Below are positions 25,754-38,199 of a DNA stretch of 64,000 nt, piece by piece. The position numbers were made by a program, and so were the translations under genes. Source of the DNA: Catajapyx aquilonaris. Taxonomy: Eukaryota. Location of the stretch: NCBI GenBank assembly GCA_000934665.2, contig JYFJ02001981.1, positions 1-64,000 of the forward strand, in the 5' to 3' direction. Position 1 is the stretch's first letter. The number at the start of each line of letters is the position of its first letter. The notes beneath the pieces were generated by a model. That model saw nothing but the letters and a program-made list of their open reading frames with translations, was not told where the DNA came from and did no database searches.

Positions 25754-26636
25754 CAAAAAAGATGAAGCCTGTGGTTTTTAAATTTCGAAATACACTATAT
25801 TTTATATTATGTACAGTGTAAATAAACAAATTTCTAAGTTTTTAGTAGTTTTCTGTTTCATTTTTATAGCCATTCCGTTGGCCTAATGCAGCCCTGACAT
25901 TTATTTGATATTTTCCGGATGTGTACTGGTGGCTGTCATATTGTCACTTTCTGCATCAGAAACGAAAGGGCCCAGGCAAAGAAAATAAACGTGAATTGCC
26001 CTATTACAGTACTGTAATAACGCAAATTATGGCGGAAATTGTACATTACTTTCGTACACAATAACTTATAATCTAAAAGTTTGATCCATAGGTAAACAAT
26101 CTTCTTTGTCGGTAATTGGGGTGACAAAAAATTCAAATTGCGCACATTTCTGACCATTCCATTCTATTACGTTTTTCATAAATGAGCTCACATTAGAATC
26201 TATAAAATATCTCAGATACTGATTTACACTCGATCCTGTCATCACTATACCCCTTCAATTTTGGCAGCGAGTTACACCCATCGTTGAGAATCCCATAATA
26301 AGTTTTGTAAGTGTACGCCGATTTACTGCATAATTCCACGTACAGTGCAACTTGCAGGTCAGTCACGGGGGAAAAGTGGAAATGAGCGTCCACAAGAATT
26401 TCTTAAAACCACTATTGTACAAATGTACAAATGAACACAGTACGTCACGATCTTGAAATTCAGTTTCTCAACCGGTACTTTGGAGGCGCCACTTCACTGT
26501 CTGAAAGATAAAGGCATGGGGATCGACAATGTATTCCTAGCTGTGTCTTCAGCTATGAAGTACCTTATACGCACGTAACTGTAAGGTCTCCAACTTCCAA
26601 ATTCGACTTCTCCTTAGGCACTTGAATTTCATCATT

Positions 26637-29600
26637 ATGAGAAGAATCCTCTGTGGTGGATCTTTTAATCAGGTTAGATATTTTGTTCATTCCTAACAGA
26701 AGTCTCACATTCCCTTAGCAGACTAAGTCACACTGTGCTTGTTTATGTGTTAAGATTTCATGTAAACACATTAAAATCTGTATGCCTATAACACTGCAAT
26801 TACAAGTTTAAATGTGTTTTGTGGAGCGACTTTATCGGTGTTTTGCAAGTGATGTTATAAAATTCATAAATGTGATGGCAGCCCATTTACTAGGAAAAGG
26901 CTTAAAGCAGCACATGATTGTGGTCATATAGTTGCTGGCAAATTAAGCAGAATTTGCTGGCAGTTATGCCATCATGAACAATAAGTTCCATGGATAAAAA
27001 AAGCCTGAGACGAGTGTCCTTGAAGGTGTATGTTCATAGGTGTTTATAGTGGCACTTGCAACACAAGACCTTTAGCCCATAGTAAAACACTGTCTTACCA
27101 CATGACATATTTCGCCTTTGGCGCCAGTATAGATCTATTAGCTGTTTCCAGGAATCAATGACCACTGCACATGTCCATGCCCATGATGCATGTGATGAGA
27201 GACACATGTCATAACGACGCCCACAGGACATGCAATTTTAGCGCATTAATGTCCATTAATCATAAGTGCAAAAGAATCATCCTGTACTTGACCTTAATGT
27301 CTCATATCTGTTTTATCAGTTCACTTCGCTAAGCTCCGAGCTAAATACACACTCTGGCTCTTCTGTCAGAATCTCATATGTCAATATACTGTATTTCAAG
27401 GCACAGGAACTTACTGCAGTTGACTCCGGATAAAACAGCCTCGGCTGTAACAGACTGATTTCCGCGGTGTTATGTGCGGAGTCTACTGTAGTAGGTATAT
27501 CATTTCTGATGGTGTAAATCTACCAGCATGGACAAAGATTTTAGCACATAGCATTTTAAACATGAAAATATTTGCAGCATTGAATCCAACAAATGAGAAC
27601 TACTTGTTGTAGGAAATTCAAAAACCAATCTTTCAGGACACTGATACTGTATCATTACTATCATTCTGTAAACATCTCCGACACTATTACCGTGAAAGGA
27701 TGGTGGCCATGGGAAAGTAAGTCATTTACCTAGCTTCATATCAGTCGTGCATGTGTATTTCCCTTCTTCTAATCATCAATGGGTGCAACATGGAGGTCAC
27801 TATAAATGATAAGAGAGCTTCGGATTATGCCGTAAATAATAATAATCATTATGGGCACTACTTGGAGATAACTAAATTACATGCTGTACAATTACGCGTG
27901 TATAAGAATAATTGGTGAAGTTCAATGGTTTCGTCCCATGATCCGCTGATAGTAATCACTTGCGTGCAAGATGTTCCCATTAAAATTTTAGTAGTTAGAA
28001 ATTTTTGGGCACTAAGCTGCTTATTATAAGAGGTTACGTTTTCGGTCACTTTTAGTAGATATTAAAAGTATTATCTGATAATATTAGGCCGAACTTAAAC
28101 TATCCTAGCTCTGACTGGAAAATATTTCCGATTAGACACGTCCTCCTATTAGCTTTAGGAATAATTTTCTTTTTGAATCCCAGATAGCAACAGCTACAGC
28201 AGTTTGTTTGGGTCCACTGGCAGGAGGCATCGCTTTGGGATACACGTCCACTGCCCTGCCCTCGCTCCAGGATGTAAATTCAACTTCGCATTTCAGCGTA
28301 ACCAAAAGTGACGGCGCATGGATAGGTAAGTGATGGCTGCCTTAGACAAACTGAACAATGATGTTGCATTACGATGCAGTGTAGCAGGGAGGAATTAATT
28401 CCGGCGGTCGATTACAACAGAGTCCATCATAATTATGTAATGTGCTTATTCCTTCACTTATACGCGTACCGCTTGTAAACCAAATGACAGAAATAACTAC
28501 CATTTCAGGAGGACTTTTTCCTTTAGCAGCCGTCTGCGGGGAGCTCATGGCACCGTCCATGCTCATGAAAATTGGACGTCGACGGTGTATGCTGTATGCC
28601 ATAGCCCCTTTATTCACCTTAGGATGGATTCTCATTTCGGCCTCTGTCCACATCGCTATGATGTACATGGGACGAATACTGGGAGGCATAGGAATGGGCC
28701 TTGCTGTTACATCGGCTCCTATTATGGTGATGGAGACATCTCAAGCCTCGCTGAGGGGATACCTGGGGTCACTGACCCAACTCATGATGACATTTGGTAT
28801 CCTCCTGAGCTACATCATGGGCGCATGGTTGGACTGGTTCTGGCTGGGATGGGCCAGTCTGGTACCCGTGGTCCCATATTTCATTTGCGTGCTTCTAGTA
28901 CCTGAGTCTCCAGTGTGGTTGCTGTGCAACCATGGACGGCAAGAAGCCCTGGAGGCAATGACCTGGCTCAGAGGAGGAGACACGAAGATGGCCGAAGAGG
29001 AGCTTGCTGACATTGAAGTGCGCGTGTCAGAAGACAATACTCTGTCCTTCAGTCAAGCCGTTAAGCTTCTCCGGAAGAAGCCGTATCTGAAGGTGTTCTT
29101 GATAGTAGCGGGTATCATGGCGCTTCAACAGCTTTCTGGTGTCAATGCTGTAACCTTTTACACGGTTGACATCTTCCAGGTTGGTCAACATGATCCAATA
29201 ATTGTTTTATATACACTTGTTTTGTTTATCTCCGTAATGTATATTATCTAAACTTCTAAATCAAATGACGCAATATTTGTGCTGCAATTAGTGAAAAGTT
29301 TCTGTAACAATTTTTACGGCATTTTTTGTACCATGATGCACATGCTGTATGATTTGTCCCTAAAATAGTCCCACTCTTTATTCAGGATGCTGGTAGTTCA
29401 CTGGAACCTCACATTGCGACAATTGTGGTTGGCGCTGTTCAGTTTTTCGCAACATTTGGAGGCATCGCTTTGGTGGAAAGAGCTGGTAGACGACCCCTCC
29501 TGATCATTTCCGCATTTTTCATGGTCCTACCTATGGCTACCTTGGGGGCATACTTCTACGTGAAAGAAAATTGTGATTATCAGCTCCCCGGATGGTTACC

Positions 29601-29955
29601 TCTTCTTTGTATAGTGGTAATATTTACATCATTTTCATTTGGATACGGGCCGTTGCCCTGGTTCATGGCAGCGGAGTTGTTGCCCACTGAAATCATGAGT
29701 GCTGTAAATCCCCTAGCTGCCGCAATTAATACGTTTGCAGCATTTATCGTTGCTGTTTCCTTCGACTCCTTAAATCGTACTGTTCGACCATACGGCGCCT
29801 TCTGGATATACGCGTCTATTGATTTAATAGGTGTCATCTTTAGTTTCTTGTGTGTTCCTGAAACTAAAGGCAGGTCTCGTGAAGAGATCAGGACGCTCTT
29901 CTTTGGAAATAAAGCAAGCAGAAATAATTATGGGGTTGGTGAAACAAAGCAATAG
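26637..29955 (+). CDS. T7: Tret1-like sugar porter (472 aa)
   Basis: join(26637..26672,28184..28325,28509..29179,29386..29955); exon 1 MRRILCGGSFNQ identified by similarity to T5/T6; QQLSGVN, GYGPLPW, PETKG. Confidence 0.92.
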
Positions 29956-31027
29956 TTGAAAACCAACCGCAGGAAAACTATTCGGTTGTGATCAAGTTTA
30001 TTACATTACACTTATGGGAGAAGTTGGTGGCTTGTTTGAGTTTGGCGATTTTGTGCCTTTGACTACTTGTTCGATGAACACACTATTCATCGCAAACTTT
30101 GAACCTCGCATCAGATGGCTTGCAAATTAATTCTTCTACACACACAGGCAACACGGGAGTAATACAGAACGATTGAAAACGAGTAGTATACCATTCGTAT
30201 TATTTTTTAAAATATTGCTATATCATGAAAACCGCTTCATATAATCGGATCGCTTTTTAGAATAAAACTACCGTAGTGACGTGCATTATATAACATTAGG
30301 TTACTTCATATTATTTTGTTGTGGATAAAATCTCTCTCATATATACACTACTTACAAAATACAGTAAAACCTGTCTCTATCGGACTCTTTCTCTCCAAAT
30401 GCATTTCCGTACATATCATAGGTTCCGTAGCCGTCCGTTGTACAGTACTTTTGGTGGTGGATTGCCTAAAACCGGAGATTATGGACGCAACCCGTGGAAA
30501 GCGACAATCACTACCAAATTCACATCAGGATTGGGTTCTCCATAAGCTGTTTGCTGGGATAAACAATGCCCTGTTTCTTCACTTAGGCCTACACCTCTTT
30601 TGAACTAAGTACTTAGAGTGTTTGACAAAAATACATGAAAGATCTTTCATAAAAATCATGCAAAAATTACGTAAGGGACACGATCGACTCATTCAGCATT
30701 TAATAAAGGTTTTCTCAGGCGTCAGTGTAATATTGTTCCGATTATCTCAAACATATATCCTGTCCCGAAATGCAAAGATTATGCGTCTTGCTATACCCCG
30801 CTTTATACTATTTGTAAAACTACTTGTAAAACTATTTGTAAACAGAGCTTTTCCATTTTAATCATAATTAGAAAGAAGAGTCCTCCTCATTAAGAAGATG
30901 GTTAAAGTTTACTGTAACACATATTCAATAAATTGTAAGTACTGTAATAAACTGTTTTCTAAAATAAACTAAGCTTTCGTTTTACCTTATGGCGCTGTAT
31001 TTTATTCTCCTCATTTCTTAGCCTTAA

Positions 31028-31790
31028 AGGAAGGGTTCAGTGATTTTGCATGTTGGGCTTCAAAGATCAAGGTAGACTCCCTGATTCCAAAAATGTGGTC
31101 AGTTTTTAAATATGACGCCGCATAAGCAAATGCTGTTAGGTGAAAGTCAATCTCCGCTACTAGTGTATTCGATACGGTAAGCGTACAGCTAGCGCCACCC
31201 GCGGAGATCCCAGTAACGTGCCAGGGCTGGCATTGGCTTACCCGCGAAGTCAATTTTTGAACTAGGAATAAGTGGATGAATCACTTGGCCCTTCCTTCGA
31301 CGCCGTCACATGCAGCCAAGATGTGGGCAATGTATTCCTCCCCTCTCTCTCCGGATTATGATTATACCTCGCGACACTACCCGCCTTGGTAAGTCTCGAG
31401 CTGATACGGAAGTATCCCGTCGTGGCCATCACTCTGTGACATGGTCCGACCACTGGCACCGCTCTCTCCCACTCTGCCTCCCCTTCTCATCCTCCCCTGC
31501 ATTCCCATGGCCCTTGGCACCCGGGGCGGGTTCCGCTCGGGTCGAAAACACAAAAACCTGGCTTGCACATGGTTTGTCGCTATGGAGGCGGACATCTTGG
31601 TTGTATGTGGGATCTTCCATCGCTGCCGCTAGAGGGAACCCGTGTTCGGCGCTGATTTTCAAAAAAATCAACTTTGACTTGAAATTTTACGCTTGTGGTG
31701 CATTTGCTACCAAAACGGACCGGATATTCAGAATCAGAGAGTCCTGCTCGATTTTTGAAGCTCAACATGCAAAATCACTGAACCCTTCCT
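31028..31790. mobile_element. Kolobok-like non-autonomous DNA transposon (763 bp)
   Basis: TTAA|AGGAAGGGTTCAGTGATTTTGCATGTTG...CAACATGCAAAATCACTGAACCCTTCCT|TTAA; imperfect TIR extends ~100 bp; AGG...CCT termini with a TTAA TSD fit Kolobok. Confidence 0.75.
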
Positions 31791-34249
31791 TTAAAAGCAT
31801 TATTATTACTCGTTAATTATAAGTAGTTCATCACAGCGCAATTATACGACTTCAACTGACAAAATTATTTTCAAACTTGAACAAAATGTTCAATTATTTC
31901 AATTTTTGCGTTAATGTCGTTATTTTATCGTTTTAAAGCCCTAATATTTTAATGACACGTTCGAACTGCGATCTAATATTCCTCGTGACATATGTTGCCA
32001 TGTTTAGCCTAAAATTGCCGTGAAAATCTTAGAACGTGTTTCTTAATGACACCTTATTTAGCCGAGCTTCTTATTTCCACCCTCGCCTGGAATTAGCATA
32101 TTTTCTGCCCTTATCCAGGAAATTTTGAAGAATAGCGACTTGCTTATGAATATGATCCTTTAACAGGTATAAGTTAAAATATAAGTAAGAATAAATAAAT
32201 AAATAAACCAGTTGAATGGCCTGTGAATAGAGTTTGGATCTACATTCACCCTGGTGACAGACCGACCCGACATACATTTCACGTGTGATTCGAAGGTGCT
32301 GTCGTCTAAAAAATGGTACCGACACCATGTCCGCCTTACCAGCAATAATTGCGTGTTTTGTAAAGCAAGAGACCGCAATTAGGGTACGTGTATGCATGTT
32401 CGTTTATGTTGGAAAATGTGAGTGCATATTTGCATGTGCATGTGGTGATCATTACAGATGCACGTGATTTCAAAGTCATTCGTTGATATCTCTGGTAACT
32501 TTAGCCACTTGTAGCACCGTAAAACACAAAAAAACCAACCCTTGAATAGCAACATGTCCGGAACTCATGGAAAAATCCATCTCAGTGGTGATTGCCATGG
32601 TCTGCCGGGAGACGCTGATAAATATTATTGTCGTATCTAATATTTCTCAAACATATACGCAAGTTGTTGTTCCTGATTATCAGTGGGTTATCATATCAAT
32701 ATTTTCCTATTTGTTATCATAAAATAATAGCTCATATAATAATTGAATCTTATGAGAATGAAAACATCCCAAACTATATATACTATAATATATTTCTCAA
32801 AAATGGAGATATTGGTTGGAATAATTATGTTCTGCTTATGAAAGGGCGTCAATGAATAGCGTGATCGTATATACTAATTCTTACTGTATATGGAAACGGC
32901 AACTTCAGTTCATGAAGTAGAACACTTTCAGAACTTTCAGAACCAACAACTTAAAACACGTCAAAGACATTCATAATGTGCTGAAGAAAGCTCCTGGTGA
33001 CAAATAATAGACTGTGTAAGCTGTAAAGATATGAAGACTGGAAAGTTTGGAAGTAAATTGCTTTTATCCGCCAGAAATGAAATGTGTTGTTTGCCCAGTC
33101 TCCTGTAAAGTTGAGAGCAACGTTGAGAGAAGTGAACGTATGGGTGCTTTCATTGCACCAAATTAATCATTCAAATGATGATGATCATCAGCATCTTCAC
33201 GGCGTTTCCCAAACAGATATGGGATTGCCAGCGGATATTGAGGAGGATGTCCCCAATATCCTCGTATGACCAAATGCATATACAAAAATAATAATCTGAA
33301 GCCTGGTCAGGTACTCGCAGATAATAAACGGAAAATGATAAGTCTGTAAATTCTGCAGAATTATCTTGAATTTCTTAAAGCCCCACAAAATATCAGGTTT
33401 GTCTATAGTAACCAGTAAGGTACTTTGCTTTAATTGGACTCTTCACATAACTTGAATGCCTTCCGAAGCTCAAGCTCCATTTGTGGGCTAGGTTCTTCGG
33501 AGTGATTTCAAGTTTTGTTAACAGTCGCATATGGAACCAAGCATGCAGAAGGCCATAAAATAAGTCCATTGGCAATATTGCACCTCCTCATGATTGGGGC
33601 AGTGGTCATTTACCTACCAAACCTAATGAATGACCGTTAAGTTTAGAAAATTATAGAATTGTAAACCAAAAAATCTCACGTATGTATAATACACAGAGTA
33701 TTATTCCAATACTGACTACTGCTTCTGCCATAACTACGTTGTTAGTTGATGTTATGTGAAAGTCTTGAAAGCATACAGACCTAAACGCCATGAAGATATT
33801 AAATTGTCTCCGATAATCTAGCTGACCAAACCGCAGAACTAATCCATGCGGATCCACTGCAGAATACCTATATATTTAACACAAAATATACACAGTAATT
33901 ATATGTTCACCATGTGTTATTCAACCAGCAGTATTGCAGTCAACACTTGGAATTTCCCTCGGAAACAATGCCGTAACTTAAGCAGACAGCACATGCTGGA
34001 TGATAATCTAATCAAAAAAGGGTACATTCAGATTTTTCTCCCTTATCAGTAATAGAAATCTCCAAACCCAATAGATAGCGTAACCTTTTAGCTCGCGAGT
34101 TCATTTTAGATAGAGACAAGTGGGTGGTACTCTATACTTAAAGTCGTGTAAACCACGACTCCTCATAAAGAAAAAGAACTAGCATCTACAGCACGAAGTT
34201 CAGTCTCATATAGCACCGAGGATATTACAATACCAAAACAACAGAAGGG

Positions 34250-36617
34250 ATGTTACTCAAGCTAAATATAGGATCGACAGCGGCACAGGTAATTCATTCT
34301 CTCACTGTGACAGTCGACAATCACTGATGTGTCTTTTATTCAGTTAGCTGTAGAAAAATCAAGTTATTATATTATTATAAGATACTATTTGTATTAACAG
34401 CATCGAATATCAGTGATCGGTGTCATTCAAAACTTGTGTTGTTGTACGCATGTGTGCTGGGCCTAGTCCAGCGAATGTCTAAAGATGCTTCAGAAAGATA
34501 CCTTATAGGAGGTGCAAACATCTGCAAAAACCTCAGCATCGAACAAGGTACCGATAAATTGTACTGACAGAGGCGTATATCAAAGATAACTGAGACCAAC
34601 CCTAGTCTATTCGCTGCATCCAGAGTCAGTTAGTCGTGTAATAATTACTTAACAATATATTGATAAATCATAATAATTGGGTCTATAATCACCTGAAGAG
34701 TCATATTCAAAATGCGACGTCCGGAAAAAGTAATGTATACATGTATTTGTACGTTACTCCCTAAATATAATATTACAAGACTGAATCTCTTCCAAAGGTC
34801 CTGACATGTTTCACGGTATGCATGGCCACGTTCGTCGCAGGTACAGTTATGGGATTCACCTCCCCGGCTCTACCCCAGCTACAAGCAAAGTCAACATCCG
34901 ACCACTCAACCTTATCCAACGTTTCAGACGCTGACGCTGCCTGGATTGGTAGGATTACCATCGCTTGTTAACACGCTTGTTAATCTTAATTTTGACCAAA
35001 ATGTGACTCTAAATAGTTCTGCCTTTCAGGTGTTTATTTGCAATTCTAACTTTACTCCTATATAAACAGCAGGAAAGACTGACTTTTCATCCGCTGTCAT
35101 GTAGGCTAATTTCTTTTCCAGTAAGCCTGTGCCCTCTGGGTGCCCTCTGTGGAAGCCTTCTGGCGTCGCCTATGCTGTCCACGATTGGCAGGCGTCGGTG
35201 CCACTTATGGGTCACGGCTCCGACGTTTGTAGCGTCTTGGGTGCTGGTGTCCGGTGCCGTCCACATAGCCATGATGTACGTGGGACGATTTTTGGGTGGA
35301 CTGGGAATGGGAATAGCCTTAACAGCAGCACCCATCATGATCATCGAAACAGCTGACGTGTCCCTGCGAGGATACTTGGGGTCACTACCGCAGACTTTTG
35401 CAACGGCTGGTACCCTCTACAGCTCCGTTTTGGGGATTTGGTTGGGTTGGTCTCCGTTGGGATGGGTGTGCCTTGTCCCCGTGGTTCCTTATGTGATCTG
35501 CCTCCTTCTGGTGCCTGATTCTCCAGTGTGGTTGCTGTCCAATCGGGGACGGCAGGAAGCACTGGAGGCGCTTACGTGGCTTAGAGGTGGAGATGTCCAG
35601 TTGGCTGAGGAGCGGCTTAGTGCCATGGAGAAAGAAAAAGAATCAACCAAAGATGAGAAGACTCCAACCTACAAGGACAGTTTTGCTCTGTTGAAAAAGG
35701 CTCCATACCTGAAGGCTTTCCTCATTGTCGTTGGTCTGATGATGTTGCAGCAACTCTCTGGCATCACATCTTTACTGTTTTACACCGTTCCAATCTTCCA
35801 GGTTGGTTAATAGTTAATTTGTTAATGCACGGAAGCATAAACCGGACCTTGAAACTACATCCCTTGAATAAAATACTCACTCGTGGTCAATTAACTATTA
35901 TGCCCAGTGCATAACCAGTATGAGTTCTCGTCATATCTATTGCATGCAGAAGTACTCTGCTCTTGGCAGTAGTTCTACTGAAATACTATTCAATAGCTCT
36001 TTTGTTGACTTTAGGCTAACGATGGACATTATTCTCCTCCTTAGGTAGCTGGAAGTTCCCTGGAACCATATGTAGCCGGTGCCATAGTTGGTGTTGTGGC
36101 CACCCTGGCACCTCTGATAGGCACCCTTTTGGTCGAGCGTGCTGGTCGACGGCTGCTTCTGACCCTGTCTGCGTCAGTCATGACAGTGGCCTTAGCAGGG
36201 CTCGGGACTTACTTCTACCTAAAGGACCACGGTTCAGCTCCACCGGGATGGCTGCCTCTTCTCTTCATGGCTGTGGAAATAATCTCTTTCGCATCCGGAT
36301 GGGGGCCTCTGGTCTGGTTGGTGGGGGCAGAACTGCTGCCCTACGAAATCATGAGCATTGCCAATCCCATTGCCGTTTCGTTGAATTCTGGATGCGTTTT
36401 TCTAATAACATTCACCTTTAAGTCATTACAGAAGGCTATTAGGTCATACGGACTCTTCTGGTTGTACGGTTCAATTGCATTAGTATGTGTGCCTTTCAGT
36501 TTATTTATCGCTCCGGAAACAAAAGGTCTGACGTCGGAGGAAATCCGGGCCATATTTTTCGGGCCTGAGCTGAAGAATATTCAGAGTGATAAGTCAACCG
36601 TAAAGGAAACTGTTTGA
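34250..36617 (+). CDS. T8: Tret1-like sugar porter (480 aa)
   Basis: join(34250..34288,34798..34948,35122..35801,36045..36617); exon 1 MLLKLNIGSTAAQ; PDSP, QQLSGIT, GWGPLVW, PETKG. Confidence 0.9.
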
Positions 36618-37103
36618 CGACAGTTTGTGAGCAGCAATGAGTTGTACATGATCAAGTTGGTGTATTTATAGTACAGCATGTAGGAGTATTTTGTGAATGA
36701 CTCTGATACGAGGTGTGATGTTTCAGGTCAAAAAACTCCCAAATGTAAAGTATAACAAGTATGTAAAGAAACTTGCATCTCTGTTTGGCGTGGAGAACTC
36801 GGCAGTGAGGAATAATTTTTCAGTAAAAATGACACTGCCAAACTTGCAATATACTGTATTTAATTGTGGGCACCTTGCTCCCGACAAAGTAAACAGACGA
36901 TATACAGTAATAATTATGATCCTGCGTGTTTTGTAGAATTTTGGTTGTGTAACCACAGCATCCCTTATGTGGCGCATCAACATACTGCTGAAGGGTTTGT
37001 GGGGATACTCGTATCGTACATAGAATGCCCACATTTAAGAGGAATTTTAAACTGTGGTCATTTCAAAAACTCTGAATGTTGTCCTTCTCAATGACGCAAA
37101 CCG

Positions 37104-37463
37104 ACGGGGAGACGGAGTGGCGCCGCGGTAACGCGCGCGCCCACGGAAGTTAAGGTCCCGGGTTCAATCCCCACCCGGGGTTCCCACCTTCTTTCGTGCA
37201 GAGTTGGGCCATCTCTGGCTTCGTTTCGGGTGGCAATTTCCGATAGACTAAGCCACCCGGGGAGTTCACAAAATGACGATTAGAGACATTGCACTTGCAC
37301 TTTGCACATCCCCTCCCAGTTCTCCCACCCACCCTTGGAGTACACTAATTAAGATTCTTCTTAAACTCGCTCCAAAAACAAATTCCAATGGTGGTAACCC
37401 ACCCCCCCTAAGGAGTAGCATAACTCCCCCCGTGGGGTAATGAAAAGAAGAAAAAAAAGAAAA
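37104..37463 (+). mobile_element. SINE family 1, full length, different 3' module and A-rich tail
   Basis: Same head and core as the 22745 copy; B box GGTTCAATCCC; 14-bp TSD AATGACGCAAACCG at 37090-37103 and 37464-37477. Confidence 0.9.
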
Positions 37464-38199
37464 AATGACGCAAACCGCACTTTTAGTTCTGGGTCGGAAA
37501 CATCCGGACACTCTGTATTATAAGAGATAATAACAATCGATGTTTTTTATGGCTTGGGTTTTCACAGTTACTTTCATGTGCAGGCTGTTGATGTGAAGCG
37601 TGCAGTGCTAGACATATTAGCAGTCCCTAAATGTTTATTTTTCGGCATTGGCAAGCAAATATTCCACTTCGTTAGCACTTCAAGGTACAGTACAGTATAC
37701 AGTAGACGCAGATTAATAACTCAAGTAATGTAATGATCTACATTCTACAACAATGGGAATCATGTTTACTACTAGGCCTACGCTAAAGGTGGCGTAGGAA
37801 ATCTAATGCCGTACTAGTATAGCACCATTTTCCTAGCGACAATGTTATTAAATTACTTCTCACCAATTTTAATATTATTAAAATTGCATAACTCTTGTAT
37901 CGGTATAAAATGCCTTTATATAGTATTAATGGAGGCTAACCCCTAAAATCGGGTTGACTGTAGACAGATCACTAGGCTGCGGACGATAGAAAACAAGATC
38001 ACCTTTAGATAAAATCATGTTTTCTAAGTCGAGAGATGGATGTAGATAAGGATACAAGTGTCGGCACTTGAATGTCGCCAATGCCAACCGTGATGAGGTG
38101 ATTCACATGTAGACCTGCGTGCAACACTACAGTGTGAGTGTGTGACAGTATCCACCTCAGGTCAACCGAAAGACCCGGACAACACTTGCCTTCACAGAT

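Larger units (their letters stand above)
19650..26270. repeat. Large inverted duplication (arms ~19650-22700 and ~23288-26270) containing T5 and T6
   Basis: Exons, introns, upstream and 3' flanks of T5 are reverse-complement matches of T6. Inner ends GGGTGGAGTGAAAAAAAAAGTGTTCC / GGAACACTTTTTTTTACTCCACCCC; outer ends GACAGGATCGAG / CTCGATCCTGTC. The ~590 bp spacer holds a SINE. Confidence 0.92.
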
